A stretch of DNA of 64,000 bases, taken from the NCBI GenBank assembly GCA_028866275.1, contig JAGWIK010000001.1:139306-203305 (forward strand), read 5' to 3'. The position numbers were made by a program, and so were the translations under genes. This document shows positions 41,769 through 52,416 of this stretch, piece after piece; position 1 is the stretch's first letter; each line of letters opens with the position of its first letter. The notes under the pieces are model-generated. The model searched no databases. It had not been told where the DNA came from and worked only from the letters and a program-made list of their open reading frames with translations. The stretch comes from Alphaproteobacteria bacterium. Its GTDB lineage: Bacteria; Pseudomonadota; Alphaproteobacteria; UBA9219.

Positions 41769-42266
41769 ATGCCGGTCACGCCCGAACAGCTTTTCGCGTT
41801 TCTCGATTCCCTGTCGATTGCGCATCAAACCGTTGCGCACCCGCCTTTTTTCACGGTCGAAGACGGCAAGGACTGGTGCGGAAAAATCCCGGGGCTGGAT
41901 TGCAAGAATTTGTTTCTGAAGGATAAAAAGGGTGATCTGTGGCTGGTCGTCATGCCGTCGGAAAAACGCGCCGATCTGGCCGGTCTGGCGCAAAAAACCG
42001 GGGCTGTAAAATTTTCGTTCGGCAAGCCCGATTTGTTGCTGGAAAAACTCGGCGTTACCCCCGGTTCCGTGACCCCCTTTGCCCTGATGAATGATGCGCA
42101 AAAACACGTTCATGTCGTGCTGGACGCCGATATGATGCAGGCCGATATGGTTAATTATCATCCGTTGCATAATGCCGCCTCGACGGCCATTTCATCTGCG
42201 GATTTAATGAAATTTTTGCGTGCCCTCGACCGTCATCCTGTTATCATCGACTGCGGTACGGGCTAG
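41769..42266 (+). CDS. ProX/PrdX (YbaK-like) aminoacyl-tRNA editing protein
   Basis: HPPFFTVE, KNLFLKDKK, LGVTPGSVTPFAL and HPLHN motifs. Confidence 0.9.
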   Translation: MPVTPEQLFAFLDSLSIAHQTVAHPPFFTVEDGKDWCGKIPGLDCKNLFLKDKKGDLWLVVMPSEKRADLAGLAQKTGAVKFSFGKPDLLLEKLGVTPGSVTPFALMNDAQKHVHVVLDADMMQADMVNYHPLHNAASTAISSADLMKFLRALDRHPVIIDCGTG

Positions 42267-42296
42267 ATTCTCCGCACCGCAGAAAATGAGGAAATT

Positions 42297-44102
42297 TTGC
42301 CGGAACTTTTCGCCACATCCGCGCCCGAACAAACCGGGACAGATCATGCCGGACAGGACGCCCTGTTTCCGGATATGACGTCTGCCGCGCCGCCCGCCTA
42401 TCGCGTGCTGGCGCGCAAATACCGGCCTGTGACGTTCGAGCAATTGATCGGACAGGAAGCGATGGTGCGGACTTTGTCCAACGCCATCGAAACCGGGCGT
42501 CTGCCGCATGCATGGATGCTGACCGGCGTGCGCGGCATCGGCAAAACCACGACGGCGCGCATCATTGCGCGCGCGTTGAATTGCACCGGCGTCGACGGCA
42601 AAGGCGGGCCGACCATCCATCCTTGCGGCCAATGCGACGCTTGCCGCGGCATTATGGAAGACCGCCATGTCGATGTGATGGAAATGGACGCGGCGTCGCG
42701 CACCGGCGTCGACGATATCCGCGACATCATCGACGGCGTGCGTTATGGCCCCGTGTCGGCGCGGTACAAGATTTATATCCTCGACGAAGTCCATATGCTG
42801 TCGAAGAACGCATTTAACGCGTTGCTGAAAACCCTGGAAGAACCGCCGCCGCACACCAAATTTATCTTTGCCACCACCGAAATCCGCAAAGTGCCGGTAA
42901 CGGTGCTGTCGCGTTGCCAGCGTTTCGATCTGCGCCGCATCGATGCCGATGTGCTGACGCCGTTTTTCATGAAAATCGCCGGTCTTGAAGACGCCGTGGC
43001 CGAGGAAGAAGCGATCAAGATGATCGCCCATGCCGCCGACGGGTCGGTGCGCGACGGGTTGAGCTTGCTGGATCAGGCTATCGCGCGCGGCAACGGCAAT
43101 GTCACGGCGCAGGATGTCAAGGATATGCTGGGGCTTGCCGATCGCGGGCAAAGCCTTGCCTTGTGCCGCCATTTGCTGCGCGGTGAAATGAAGGACGCGC
43201 TGGCGGCCTTTGCGTCGATGCAGCAGGCGGGGTCCGACGCCTTGCAGATTTTGCAGGATATGGCCGATTGCGTGCATATGTTGACGCGCGCGCAGGTGAT
43301 CGCCGATCTGGCGGCGGACGAAGCCTTGGCCGAATATGACCGGCGCTTGATGACGGATTTGTCGGATATCAAAATTCCCGCGCTGGCGCGCGCGTGGCAG
43401 ATCCTGTTGAAAGGCATCGGCGAAGTTCAATCCGCCGCGCATCCGGCGCAGGCGGCGGAAATGGTGCTGATCCGTCTGGCCTATGCGGCCGATCTGCCCA
43501 GCCCCGGCGATCTCGTCCGGCAATTGCGCGATCAGGCGGCGTCGGGCGCGTCTGCCCCTGCAGCATCGGGCCCGACATCCGGTGGCGGGCCCAAGGCACG
43601 TCTGGCGCTGGGCGGCGGCGGTGTTTCCATCGACGCCGCGCCTGCGCCGCAAGCCGTGGCCGCCTTGCCCCAACCCGCCGATTACCGCGCCATCGTCGCG
43701 CTGTTTTCCGAAAATCGCGAAGCCGCGCTGCATGCCCTGTTATACGGACAGGTTCATCTGGTGCGCTGCGAACCCGGCATGCTGGAACTGCAGGTCGGCA
43801 CGGGCGTGCCGGCCAATTTTGCCGGCCGCGTCGGGCAATGCCTGACCGAATGGACGGGCCAGCGCTGGGTGGTGTCGGTCGTGCCGCAAGGCGGGGCGAC
43901 GACGTTGGCCGAGCAGGATCGTCTGGCCGCCGCCGCGCGCCGCGAACGCGCGCGGGCGCATCCGTTGATGCAGGCGGTTTTTTCGGCTTTCCCCGACGCC
44001 AAATTGATAGATTTGCGGCAAAGAATGGTTGCGTCCGCGCCCGTCCGCGACGATGATGCCGCCGCACCCGATATCGAAACCCCGATTGAATTTGAGGATT
44101 GA
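42297..44102 (+). CDS. dnaX: DNA polymerase III subunit gamma/tau
   Basis: YRVLARKYRP, GVRGIGKTT, DEVHML and SRCQRF motifs. Exact start uncertain. Confidence 0.97.
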   Translation: MPELFATSAPEQTGTDHAGQDALFPDMTSAAPPAYRVLARKYRPVTFEQLIGQEAMVRTLSNAIETGRLPHAWMLTGVRGIGKTTTARIIARALNCTGVDGKGGPTIHPCGQCDACRGIMEDRHVDVMEMDAASRTGVDDIRDIIDGVRYGPVSARYKIYILDEVHMLSKNAFNALLKTLEEPPPHTKFIFATTEIRKVPVTVLSRCQRFDLRRIDADVLTPFFMKIAGLEDAVAEEEAIKMIAHAADGSVRDGLSLLDQAIARGNGNVTAQDVKDMLGLADRGQSLALCRHLLRGEMKDALAAFASMQQAGSDALQILQDMADCVHMLTRAQVIADLAADEALAEYDRRLMTDLSDIKIPALARAWQILLKGIGEVQSAAHPAQAAEMVLIRLAYAADLPSPGDLVRQLRDQAASGASAPAASGPTSGGGPKARLALGGGGVSIDAAPAPQAVAALPQPADYRAIVALFSENREAALHALLYGQVHLVRCEPGMLELQVGTGVPANFAGRVGQCLTEWTGQRWVVSVVPQGGATTLAEQDRLAAAARRERARAHPLMQAVFSAFPDAKLIDLRQRMVASAPVRDDDAAAPDIETPIEFED

Positions 44103-44105
44103 AAC

Positions 44106-44426
44106 ATGAATATCGCGAAGATGATGAAACAGGTCAACGATATGCAGGCCAAAATGGCCGATATGCAAAACCGGCTGGGCGACATGGAAGTCACGGGGCA
44201 GTCCGCCGGCGGCAAGGTCGTGGTGACGATGAACGGCAAGGCGGAAATGCGCAAAATCAGCATCGCGCCGGAACTGATCGACGCCTCGGAAAAAGACATG
44301 CTGGAAGACCTGATCGTGGTGGCCTGCGGCGATGCCAAGGCCAAGGTCGAAGCCTTTGTCGCGGGCGAAACCGAAAAAATGATGGGCGGGTTGCAATTGC
44401 CGCCCGGCGTCAAATTGCCGTTTTAA
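44106..44426 (+). CDS. ybaB: YbaB/EbfC nucleoid-associated protein
   Basis: MMKQ...MQ, G-S-GG-V and LEDLI motifs; located between dnaX and recR. Confidence 0.93.
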   Translation: MNIAKMMKQVNDMQAKMADMQNRLGDMEVTGQSAGGKVVVTMNGKAEMRKISIAPELIDASEKDMLEDLIVVACGDAKAKVEAFVAGETEKMMGGLQLPPGVKLPF

Positions 44427-44432
44427 GGCCCG

Positions 44433-45023
44433 ATGTCGCCGCTCGACAACCTGATGAAACATCTGGCGCGCCTGCCCGGCCTTGGGCCGCGGTCGGCGCG
44501 GCGCATGGTTTTGCATCTTCTGAAGCGGCGTGAAGCTTTGATGCTACCGCTGATCGACGCGATGACCCGCGCCGCGCAGGACGTCAAAGCCTGTTCGGTT
44601 TGCGGCAATCTGGGCGGCGTCGATCCGTGCGAAATTTGCCGCGATCAGGGCCGCGACCGCGGCGTGATCTGTGTGGTCGAGGATGTCGCCGATTTATGGG
44701 CTTTGGAGCGCAGCCATGCCTTCCGTGGCTTGTATCATGTGCTGGGCGGCACGCTGTCGGCGCTGGAAGGCGTGCGCCCTGCCGACCTGCGTATCGAGGC
44801 GTTGCTCGAACGCATAAAACTGAATGAAGTCAGGGAGGTAATCCTTGCTCTTAATGCGACGGTCGAAGGGCAGGCTACCGCGCATTACGTCGCGGAACGG
44901 CTGGAACCGTTGGGGGTCGCGGTGTCGCGCCTTGCCCACGGCTTGCCGGTAGGGGGGGAACTGGATTATCTGGATGATGGAACCCTGGCCGCCGCCATGC
45001 AGGCACGGCGCAAAGCCGGGTAG
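44433..45023 (+). CDS. recR: recombination mediator RecR
   Basis: [10 protein letters not shown]4 zinc finger, YHVLGG and GGELDYLD motifs. Confidence 0.97.
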   Translation: MSPLDNLMKHLARLPGLGPRSARRMVLHLLKRREALMLPLIDAMTRAAQDVKACSVCGNLGGVDPCEICRDQGRDRGVICVVEDVADLWALERSHAFRGLYHVLGGTLSALEGVRPADLRIEALLERIKLNEVREVILALNATVEGQATAHYVAERLEPLGVAVSRLAHGLPVGGELDYLDDGTLAAAMQARRKAG

Positions 45024-45104
45024 GGTATTCACCAGACATTAACTATCTATGCCCGACAATGGCGGGCATTTTTCTTTAAGGATCGGTTCGGAGGCTCGCC
45101 AAAC

Positions 45105-45395
45105 GTGAATATAGGCCTAGTCGTTAACGCACGCGGAAAGATGTGCCTGGTTCATGACGAACCCTTTGAAGCGACGCCGCTGTGGGTCGGTTATCATGTT
45201 GATTCTAAACGTTTAGAGATCATTTACGATACCGGTGGCACCTATCCCATCGATTGGGAGGCAACCGACGAAATGCATAACTTCTTGCTGAAAATAAATA
45301 AAATCCTTATAATTCGTATGGAAAATAAAAGACCGGTGGAAGGATTCGATACCAGCTTCCTTCATTTGCAAAACGGCAAAGTCATAGACGAATAA
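45105..45395 (+). CDS. hypothetical protein
   Basis: GGAGG RBS before GTG; AT-richer 96-aa ORF. Confidence 0.65.
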   Translation: MNIGLVVNARGKMCLVHDEPFEATPLWVGYHVDSKRLEIIYDTGGTYPIDWEATDEMHNFLLKINKILIIRMENKRPVEGFDTSFLHLQNGKVIDE

Positions 45396-45417
45396 ATTAT
45401 TATCGAAAAGGTGACGC

Positions 45418-45876
45418 ATGACCGACCAGATCGACGATCAAGACGCCAACGGGCAGGAAATCCGTCGCCGTCAAAAAGGCGAAGGTGATGGCGAACAGGC
45501 CGGCCGCGGCATTGTCAAGATGTTGACGACCCGCAAGGCCGAACAAGTCACGGGCGAACACCGCCATTTGACCGGCGCGGATCTTATCGAAGCCATTGTC
45601 GAATTCGTCAGCGAACCGTTGATCGCCTCGGCCTCGGCTGTTGTGGAATTCGTCAAGGGCGTCAAGAACGCGGTGGCGAACCCCAAATCTTTCGCCGTGA
45701 CCAATTGGTTCACCGATTTGCAAAAACATGTCGACGATCTCAGGCTGCAGCTTGCGCGCGCGCGCGGCGCCGACGCCAACGGGTTGGCGCAGAAGCGACA
45801 ACCCGGGCATCAACCCGGCCACGGGCTTGCGCCGAAACTGAACCTGACGCCGACCGGCCCGACCGGCGCGCAATAA
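45418..45876 (+). CDS. hypothetical protein with Pro/Gly-rich basic C-terminal tail
   Basis: AAGGTG RBS; host-like codon usage. Confidence 0.7.
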   Translation: MTDQIDDQDANGQEIRRRQKGEGDGEQAGRGIVKMLTTRKAEQVTGEHRHLTGADLIEAIVEFVSEPLIASASAVVEFVKGVKNAVANPKSFAVTNWFTDLQKHVDDLRLQLARARGADANGLAQKRQPGHQPGHGLAPKLNLTPTGPTGAQ

Positions 45877-45951
45877 CTCTTTCCATTAACGAAACGGTAA
45901 GGCCGGATGGCGGAAAATGCCCTCCGGCCTTTCCCTTTTCCGAGATGATCC

Positions 45952-47586
45952 ATGACAGAATCCATGCCGCGCGAAACCATGTCTTATGACGTCCTGATTG
46001 TCGGCGCGGGGCCGGCGGGGCTGTCCTGCGCGATTAAAATCAAACAACTGGCGCAGGCCGAAAAGCGCGACATTTCCGTATGCGTGATCGATAAAGGGTC
46101 GGAAGTCGGCGCGCATCTGTTGTCGGGCGCGGTGTTCGAACCGCGTGCGCTGGATGAATTATTTCCCGACTGGCGCGACATGGGCGCGCCGCTGACCGTT
46201 CCCGCCGGCGAAGACCGTTTCTATTTTCTGACATCGCGCCGCGCTTTTCGCATGCCGACCCCGCCGCCGATGCATAACCACGGCAATTATGTCATCAGCC
46301 TCGGCCGTCTGGCCAAATGGCTGGCGGCGCAGGCGGAAAATCTGGGCGTCGAAATCTATCCCGGTTTCGCCGCCGCCGAGATTTTGTACGACGACAATGG
46401 CGCGGTGGCAGGCGTGGCCACCGGCGATGTCGGCATCGGCAAGGATGGCAACCAAACCGACCGTTTCACGCGCGGCGTCGAATTGCGCGCGCGCCAGACG
46501 GTGATCGCCGAAGGATGCCGCGGGTCGCTGGCCAAAATGCTGTTCGCCAAATTCAAATTGCGTAACGGATGCGACCCGCAAACTTATGGGCTCGGCATCA
46601 AGGAAGTTTGGGAAATCGATCCGGCCAAGCATCGCCCGGGCCATATTCAACACAGCATCGGCTGGCCGATGGATGCGCGCACCTATGGCGGGTCGTGGTT
46701 GTATCATTGGGAAAATAATCTGGTGTCGATCGGTTTTGTCGTCGGGCTGGATTACGAAAACCCCTATCTGTCGCCGTTCGAGGAATTTCAGCGTTTCAAA
46801 CAGCACCCGCATATCCGCGCCGTGCTGGAAGGCGGCAAGCGCCTGTCCTATGGCGCGCGCGCGTTGAGCGAGGGCGGGTTACAATCAATCCCCAAATTGA
46901 CGTTTCCCGGCGGCGTGCTGATCGGCGATGCGGCCGGATTTCTGAATGTGGCAAAGATCAAAGGCAATCACACCGCGATGAAATCGGGAATGGTCGCGGC
47001 GGAGGCATTGGTCGCTCATCTGGCGGGCGATGCTGTCGAAGTCGCCGATTACCGCGCACGGCTGGAAAAAACATGGCTGTGGGATGAACTATACGGCGTG
47101 CGCAATATTCGCCCCGCGTTCCGCGCGGGGTTGTGGGCGGGCATGTTGTACGGGGCGATCGACAATGTATTGCTGCGCGGCCGCGCGCCATGGACGTTCC
47201 ATAATCATGCGGACAATAAAACATTAAAGCCCGCGCGCGATTGTACCAAAATTGCCTATCCCAAACCTGACGGGGTGATCAGCTTTGATCGCCTGTCATC
47301 GGTGTTTTTGTCCAACACCAATCACGAAGAAGACCAACCCGCGCATTTGAAATTGCGCGACCCGTCGGTGGCGGTGAATACCAACCTGACGCTTTATGCC
47401 GGGCCGGAAGCGCGTTATTGCCCGGCGGGCGTGTACGAATTTGTCGAAGAAAAAGGCGCGCCGCGCCTGCAGATCAATGCGCAGAATTGCGTGCATTGCA
47501 AAACATGCGACATCAAAGACCCGACACAGAATATAGACTGGTGCGTGCCCGAAGGCGGCGGCGGGCCGAATTATCAGGATATGTAA
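45952..47586 (+). CDS. electron transfer flavoprotein-ubiquinone oxidoreductase
   Basis: [21 protein letters not shown] and [13 protein letters not shown] motifs. Confidence 0.97.
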   Translation: MTESMPRETMSYDVLIVGAGPAGLSCAIKIKQLAQAEKRDISVCVIDKGSEVGAHLLSGAVFEPRALDELFPDWRDMGAPLTVPAGEDRFYFLTSRRAFRMPTPPPMHNHGNYVISLGRLAKWLAAQAENLGVEIYPGFAAAEILYDDNGAVAGVATGDVGIGKDGNQTDRFTRGVELRARQTVIAEGCRGSLAKMLFAKFKLRNGCDPQTYGLGIKEVWEIDPAKHRPGHIQHSIGWPMDARTYGGSWLYHWENNLVSIGFVVGLDYENPYLSPFEEFQRFKQHPHIRAVLEGGKRLSYGARALSEGGLQSIPKLTFPGGVLIGDAAGFLNVAKIKGNHTAMKSGMVAAEALVAHLAGDAVEVADYRARLEKTWLWDELYGVRNIRPAFRAGLWAGMLYGAIDNVLLRGRAPWTFHNHADNKTLKPARDCTKIAYPKPDGVISFDRLSSVFLSNTNHEEDQPAHLKLRDPSVAVNTNLTLYAGPEARYCPAGVYEFVEEKGAPRLQINAQNCVHCKTCDIKDPTQNIDWCVPEGGGGPNYQDM

Positions 47587-48485
47587 GCGCTGACACAGCG
47601 ATCGATCCCGCCCAGATCTTTGTGTATCGCGACATCCGCGAAGGCATGGGCGCGCAGCAAGGCGGCGACATCCTGCGCCTGATCAATGCCGACTTCGAAA
47701 ATGACGAACCCGTTTGCATTCAGGAACGCGGGCAATTGCGGGATCAGAAAACGATAGGGTTCAAGCCCGTCCGCGCCGCCGTCCAACGCCGCGCGCGGGT
47801 CGTGGTCGCGCACTTCAGGCATTAATGTTTCAATGTCGGCGGCGGGGATGTAAGGCGGATTGCTGATGATAATGTCGAACTTTCCCGTGATGCCGTCGAA
47901 CCAGTTGCCGGTGCGGAACGCCGCGCGCGTGTCGAGCCCAAGGCCGGCGGCATTTTGCGACGCCTGTGCGACGGCGCGCGGCGCGATGTCGATGCCCACC
48001 CCCGTGGCATGCGGCCATTCATGCAGCAACGCCAGCAACAGACAGCCCGTTCCCGTGCCGAGATCGAGTATCCGGGGGGCAAAGCTCTCACAAGAAATAG
48101 CGTCATTCCGGCGCAAGCCGGGATCCAGAGAAAAAGAACCGCTGGATTCCGGCTTGCGCCGGAATGACGACAGAACGGCTTCGACAAGGGTTTCGCTGTC
48201 CGGGCGCGGTTCCAGCGTGGCCTCGTTCATGCCGAAGGGCAGGCCCCAGAATTCGCGCTGGCCGATGATGCGCGCCACGGATTCGCGTTTTTCGCGGCGT
48301 TGGAGAAGGGTTTCTATTTTTTTGATTTCGGGAATGGTCGGTTCGCGTCGGGATTGGCTCAGCAAACCGGCACGGTCAAGGCCCAGCGCATGGCAGAATA
48401 ACAATCGCGCATCCAGCTGCGGATTGTCGACGCCTGCGATATTCAGGCGGTCGATGGCGGCGCGCAATGTATCGGCCAGCGTCAC
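47574..48485 (-). CDS. prmC: release factor glutamine methyltransferase with in-frame palindromic insertion
   Basis: [19 protein letters not shown] and ALDGG motifs; downstream of prfA. Confidence 0.95.
   Translation of the reverse strand: MTLADTLRAAIDRLNIAGVDNPQLDARLLFCHALGLDRAGLLSQSRREPTIPEIKKIETLLQRREKRESVARIIGQREFWGLPFGMNEATLEPRPDSETLVEAVLSSFRRKPESSGSFSLDPGLRRNDAISCESFAPRILDLGTGTGCLLLALLHEWPHATGVGIDIAPRAVAQASQNAAGLGLDTRAAFRTGNWFDGITGKFDIIISNPPYIPAADIETLMPEVRDHDPRAALDGGADGLEPYRFLIPQLPAFLNANGFVIFEVGIDQAQDVAALLRAHAFADVAIHKDLGGIDRCVSAYIS
48101..48169. repeat. palindromic element (RPE/dRS3-like) inside prmC
   Basis: CGTCATTCCGGCGCAAGCCGGGATCCAG ... CTGGATTCCGGCTTGCGCCGGAATGACG inverted arms. 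Confidence 0.85.
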
Positions 48486-49549
48486 GTTCCGTTCAATTCC
48501 GCCAGTTTTTCGGCTTCGTCGCGTTGGATCAGTTCGTCGATAAAGGCATCCAGCCCTTCGCCGTTGATGACGTCGTCGATGTTATACAGGGTTTTTTCGA
48601 TGCGATGGTCGGACACGCGGCCCTGCGGGAAATTATAGGTGCGGATGCGTTCGCTGCGGTCGCCGGTGCCGACCTGGCTTTTGCGTTCCGCCGCGTGGGC
48701 GGCCTTGATGGCGCGGTCTTTCTGTTCGTACATGCGGCTGCGCAGAATCTTCATCGCCTTGGCGCGGTTCTTGATCTGCGACCGTTCTTCCTGCATCGCC
48801 ACGACGATGCCGGTGGGCAGATGGGTGATGCGCACGGCGCTTTCGGTTTTATTGACATGCTGGCCGCCGGCGCCCGACGCGCGATAGACGTCTATTTTCA
48901 GGTCTTTGTCGTCGATGACGATGTCGGTTTCTTCCATTTCAGGCAGCACGGCGACCGTGGCTGTCGATGTGTGGACGCGGCCCTGACTTTCCGTCTGCGG
49001 TACGCGCTGGACGCGATGCACGCCGGACTCGAACTTCAACCGCGCGAACACGCCGCGTCCGCTGACCTCGGCGATACCTTCCTTCAGCCCGCCCAGATCG
49101 TTTTCCGACAATTCCATGACCTCGAACCGCCAACCGCGATGGGCCGCATATTTGCGGTACATGTCGAATAATAATGCCGCGAACAGCCCCGCTTCGTCGC
49201 CGCCCGCGCCCGCGCGGATTTCCAGAATGGCGTTGCGTTCATCCGCCGCATCCTTGGGCAACAGCATTTTCTGAACCTGCAGTTCCAGAACGGGAATACG
49301 GGGTTTCAGGGCTTCTATTTCTTTTTTTGCTTCGGCCGCCATATCCGCGTCGGACAACAGGCTTTCGGCGTCGGACAGTTCGCGGCGCGCGCGGTCAAGT
49401 TCGCCGATGGCCTCGCACACGGGCGTCAGGTCGGAATATTCCTTGGATAATTTTGCGAATTGGTCGGGCGCGACGTCGGGTTGCGACATCAAATGCCGCA
49501 ATTCATCGTGCCGCGCCATGACGCGGGAAAGGGTTTCGGAGAGGGACAT
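48482..49549 (-). CDS. prfA: peptide chain release factor 1
   Basis: PQT anticodon motif (PxT), GGQ and RTYNFPQ. Confidence 0.98.
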   Translation of the reverse strand: MSLSETLSRVMARHDELRHLMSQPDVAPDQFAKLSKEYSDLTPVCEAIGELDRARRELSDAESLLSDADMAAEAKKEIEALKPRIPVLELQVQKMLLPKDAADERNAILEIRAGAGGDEAGLFAALLFDMYRKYAAHRGWRFEVMELSENDLGGLKEGIAEVSGRGVFARLKFESGVHRVQRVPQTESQGRVHTSTATVAVLPEMEETDIVIDDKDLKIDVYRASGAGGQHVNKTESAVRITHLPTGIVVAMQEERSQIKNRAKAMKILRSRMYEQKDRAIKAAHAAERKSQVGTGDRSERIRTYNFPQGRVSDHRIEKTLYNIDDVINGEGLDAFIDELIQRDEAEKLAELNGT

Positions 49550-49552
49550 GGG

Positions 49553-50050
49553 TTAAGGCTCGATCGCAATGGACGACAACGACTTCGTGCTGAAATAGGC
49601 GCACAGCGAAGCGCTGATTTCAGAGCTGAGCTTTGCCATAGCGTTGAATTGATGAAAAATATCGCTCTTGGGTGCGACCAGCGCCGTGTGGAGAAGGTGT
49701 TCATTGCCAATCATAACGGCATTTTCCGCATTGTTGCCGACAAGCGACGGCATGTCTTGCGTGGCTTTCACGATTTCCAGATGCGCTTGACACCACCGGA
49801 TATCGACGCCCCTGTTGGCGGGATGAATCTCGGCCTGCTCTTTGATATGCTCAACGGCGGCGCATAACGTGCCGTGTTCGTCGGTGTTCGTGATTTGATA
49901 ATCTGAAACGGTGTCTGGTGCATGAAAACACAAAAGCAGCGAGGATTCGGAGAATGCCTCGGCAATTTCCGCCAACTCATATAGCCGTTCGCAAAGCACA
50001 GACGGCAGATAACGTCGCGGCGCGGTTTCCTGATGGCCGGGTGCGAGCAT
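49553..50050 (-). CDS. orphan hypothetical protein, AT-richer
   Basis: ATG directly abuts the ispG stop; its stop lies 3 bp before the prfA ATG. Confidence 0.6.
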   Translation of the reverse strand: MLAPGHQETAPRRYLPSVLCERLYELAEIAEAFSESSLLLCFHAPDTVSDYQITNTDEHGTLCAAVEHIKEQAEIHPANRGVDIRWCQAHLEIVKATQDMPSLVGNNAENAVMIGNEHLLHTALVAPKSDIFHQFNAMAKLSSEISASLCAYFSTKSLSSIAIEP

Positions 50051-51199
50051 TTATTCCGCCGCCTGTTCCATCTTGGCTTTTTCGGCGGCGATGTCGGCGG
50101 CTTTCTTTTCCACCAATTCGACCAGATGGCCGACGATGTCTTCGTTTTGCAAACGGTGCGCGGGCTGGCCGGCGATATAGACCTGATGCGTGCCCTTGCC
50201 GCCGCCGGTAAAACCGATATCGGTCATCATCGCTTCGCCGGGGCCGTTGACGACGCAGCCGATCACCGACACCGTCATCGGCGTCGTGATGTGCGACAGC
50301 CGTTCTTCCAGAACTTCGACGGTTTTAATGACGTTGAAATTCTGGCGCGCGCAGGACGGGCACGAAATGACGGTGACGCCGCGACGACGCAGGCCCAGCG
50401 TTTTCAGCATTTCATAGCCGACTTTGACTTCCTCGACCGGATCGGCCGACAGCGACACGCGCATGGTGTCGCCGATGCCCGCCCATAACAGCGACCCCAG
50501 CCCGATCGAGCTTTTCACCGTGCCCGCGCGCAAACCGCCGGCTTCGGTAATGCCGATATGCAAGGGGTAGTCGCACGCGTCGGCCAAGGCCTGATAGGCC
50601 GCGACGGCAAGGAAAACGTCCGAAGCCTTGACGCTGATTTTGAAATTGGTGAAGTCGTGGTCTTCCAGAATCTTGGCGTGGGTCATCGCGCTTTCGACCA
50701 TGGCGTCGGGGCAGGGTTCGCCGTATTTTTCCAGCAATTCCTGTTCCAGCGACCCGGCATTGACGCCGATGCGCATGGCGCAGCCGTAATCCTTGGCGGC
50801 CTGCACGACTTCGCGCACGCGGTCTTCCGACCCGATATTGCCGGGATTGATGCGCAGACACGCCGCGCCGGCCTTGGCGGCTTCGATGCCGCGTTTGTAA
50901 TGGAAATGGATGTCGGCGACGATGGGAACATTGACCGCTTTGACGATTTCCTTCAAGGCGGCGGTGGATTCTTCGTCGGGGCACGACACGCGCACGATAT
51001 CCGCGCCCGCGGCTTCGGCGGCGAGGATCTGCTCGATCGTCGCCTTGGCGTCGCTGGTCAGCGTGTTGGTCATGGTTTGCACGCTGACGGGTGCGTCGCC
51101 GCCGACCAGCACGTTGCCGACCTTGATCTGGCGGCTCTTGCGGCGGGAAATTTGACGCCACGGGCGGTGGGCGAGGGCGTCGGAATGATCTACGGACAT
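50051..51199 (-). CDS. ispG: (E)-4-hydroxy-3-methylbut-2-enyl-diphosphate synthase
   Basis: VQTMTNT, VADIHF, RINPGN, CPSC and GCVVNGPGE motifs. Confidence 0.98.
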   Translation of the reverse strand: MSVDHSDALAHRPWRQISRRKSRQIKVGNVLVGGDAPVSVQTMTNTLTSDAKATIEQILAAEAAGADIVRVSCPDEESTAALKEIVKAVNVPIVADIHFHYKRGIEAAKAGAACLRINPGNIGSEDRVREVVQAAKDYGCAMRIGVNAGSLEQELLEKYGEPCPDAMVESAMTHAKILEDHDFTNFKISVKASDVFLAVAAYQALADACDYPLHIGITEAGGLRAGTVKSSIGLGSLLWAGIGDTMRVSLSADPVEEVKVGYEMLKTLGLRRRGVTVISCPSCARQNFNVIKTVEVLEERLSHITTPMTVSVIGCVVNGPGEAMMTDIGFTGGGKGTHQVYIAGQPAHRLQNEDIVGHLVELVEKKAADIAAEKAKMEQAAE

Positions 51200-51214
51200 A
51201 TGTTCTCCTGTTCC

Positions 51215-52357
51215 TTATTGTGCCGGTGTTGCGGCAGTCAGATGGTCGGGGTCGAGATTGACGTCGCGCACCACATGCGGCGCGCCGCCGTCGATTTTGG
51301 GCAGATCGGTTCCGTTCAGCGACAGGATAATGCCCGCCGCGTTGCCGGTTGTCAGGCGCAGGCCCGAACGGTTGGGCACTTTGTAGATGTCGCCGGGTTT
51401 CAGCACATGATCGAACACGGTTTTGCCGCTGCTGTCGGTGACCATGATCCAGCTGCTTTGCGTGGCGCGGATAATCAATGCCGAAGCTTCGTTGGCGTCG
51501 CCATAGACATGATGCGGCGTGTCGTCTTTGGGGGCTTCCGTCGCCGCAGGCGTTTTCTGCACGGCGGGCGCGGCCTGTTCCGGCGCGGGGGAAGGCGCCG
51601 AAGCCGGCGACGGTTCGGCGACGGGCTGCGGAACCTTGCCGGTCAATACAATGCCGGGCGCGGCGGGCGGAATGACCGTTGTTTTGGCGTCGGGGGCGGG
51701 GGATGGCGCGGCTGATGCCGGTGTGGCCGGCGCAGGCGCAACCGCTGCCGGCGTGACGACAGGTTCGGCGATGGGGGCGGTCAATCCCGCGGCGGCGGGG
51801 GCTGCTTGCTGTGCCGTGGGCAGAACCGGCGGCGCGTTGACTTCGGCGCGGTTGGACGATGAAATGCCGTACCACAAAGCATAAATCAGAAGTCCCACAA
51901 TGGTCGCGCCGACCAGAATAATGGCCGACGGCGCGCGTCCTTCGCTCAGCGGCGCAGGCATCGCCAGAACCGGTTCCTTGCGCCGTCCTGCCATTTCGTA
52001 GCGATAACGTTCGACGGCATCCTTGCCGTTGACGCCTAAAAGATCGGCATAGGAACGCAAAAAGCCGACGACATAGGCGTCGGCGGGAAATTTATCGTAT
52101 TGGCTGTTTTCCAGCGCGACCAGAAAGTCGGGCTTGATGCGCAGATACTCGGCGATAGCATACAGATCGTCGCCGCGTTCCATGCGTTTGTTGCGCAAAA
52201 TCTCGCCGATGCGTTCGGTGCGCGGGCGCGGCTGAATCGGTTCGACCCGCGCGACGGATTCCGGCTCTTTGGGCATCGCCACGAGCCGCGCGGCATCATC
52301 CTGCGGTGCGCTTATCGGTGCGCGCGAAGGCGCATTTTTGCGTCTGTTTCCTGACAT
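51215..52357 (-). CDS. rodZ: cytoskeleton protein RodZ
   Basis: N-terminal HTH (GFLRSYA), transmembrane segment, Pro/Ala linker and DUF4115-like GNAAGI; upstream of ispG. Confidence 0.88.
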   Translation of the reverse strand: MSGNRRKNAPSRAPISAPQDDAARLVAMPKEPESVARVEPIQPRPRTERIGEILRNKRMERGDDLYAIAEYLRIKPDFLVALENSQYDKFPADAYVVGFLRSYADLLGVNGKDAVERYRYEMAGRRKEPVLAMPAPLSEGRAPSAIILVGATIVGLLIYALWYGISSSNRAEVNAPPVLPTAQQAAPAAAGLTAPIAEPVVTPAAVAPAPATPASAAPSPAPDAKTTVIPPAAPGIVLTGKVPQPVAEPSPASAPSPAPEQAAPAVQKTPAATEAPKDDTPHHVYGDANEASALIIRATQSSWIMVTDSSGKTVFDHVLKPGDIYKVPNRSGLRLTTGNAAGIILSLNGTDLPKIDGGAPHVVRDVNLDPDHLTAATPAQ

Positions 52358-52416
52358 GGGCGGAGATTAGGAGATGCGGGGGTAAAAGGCAAACAAAAGG
52401 AAAAAATCCGGGATTT

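Noticed and set aside
42297-44102. dnaX gamma/tau slippery site
   Set aside because: No A AAA AAG or long A-run was seen near the domain III/IV boundary.
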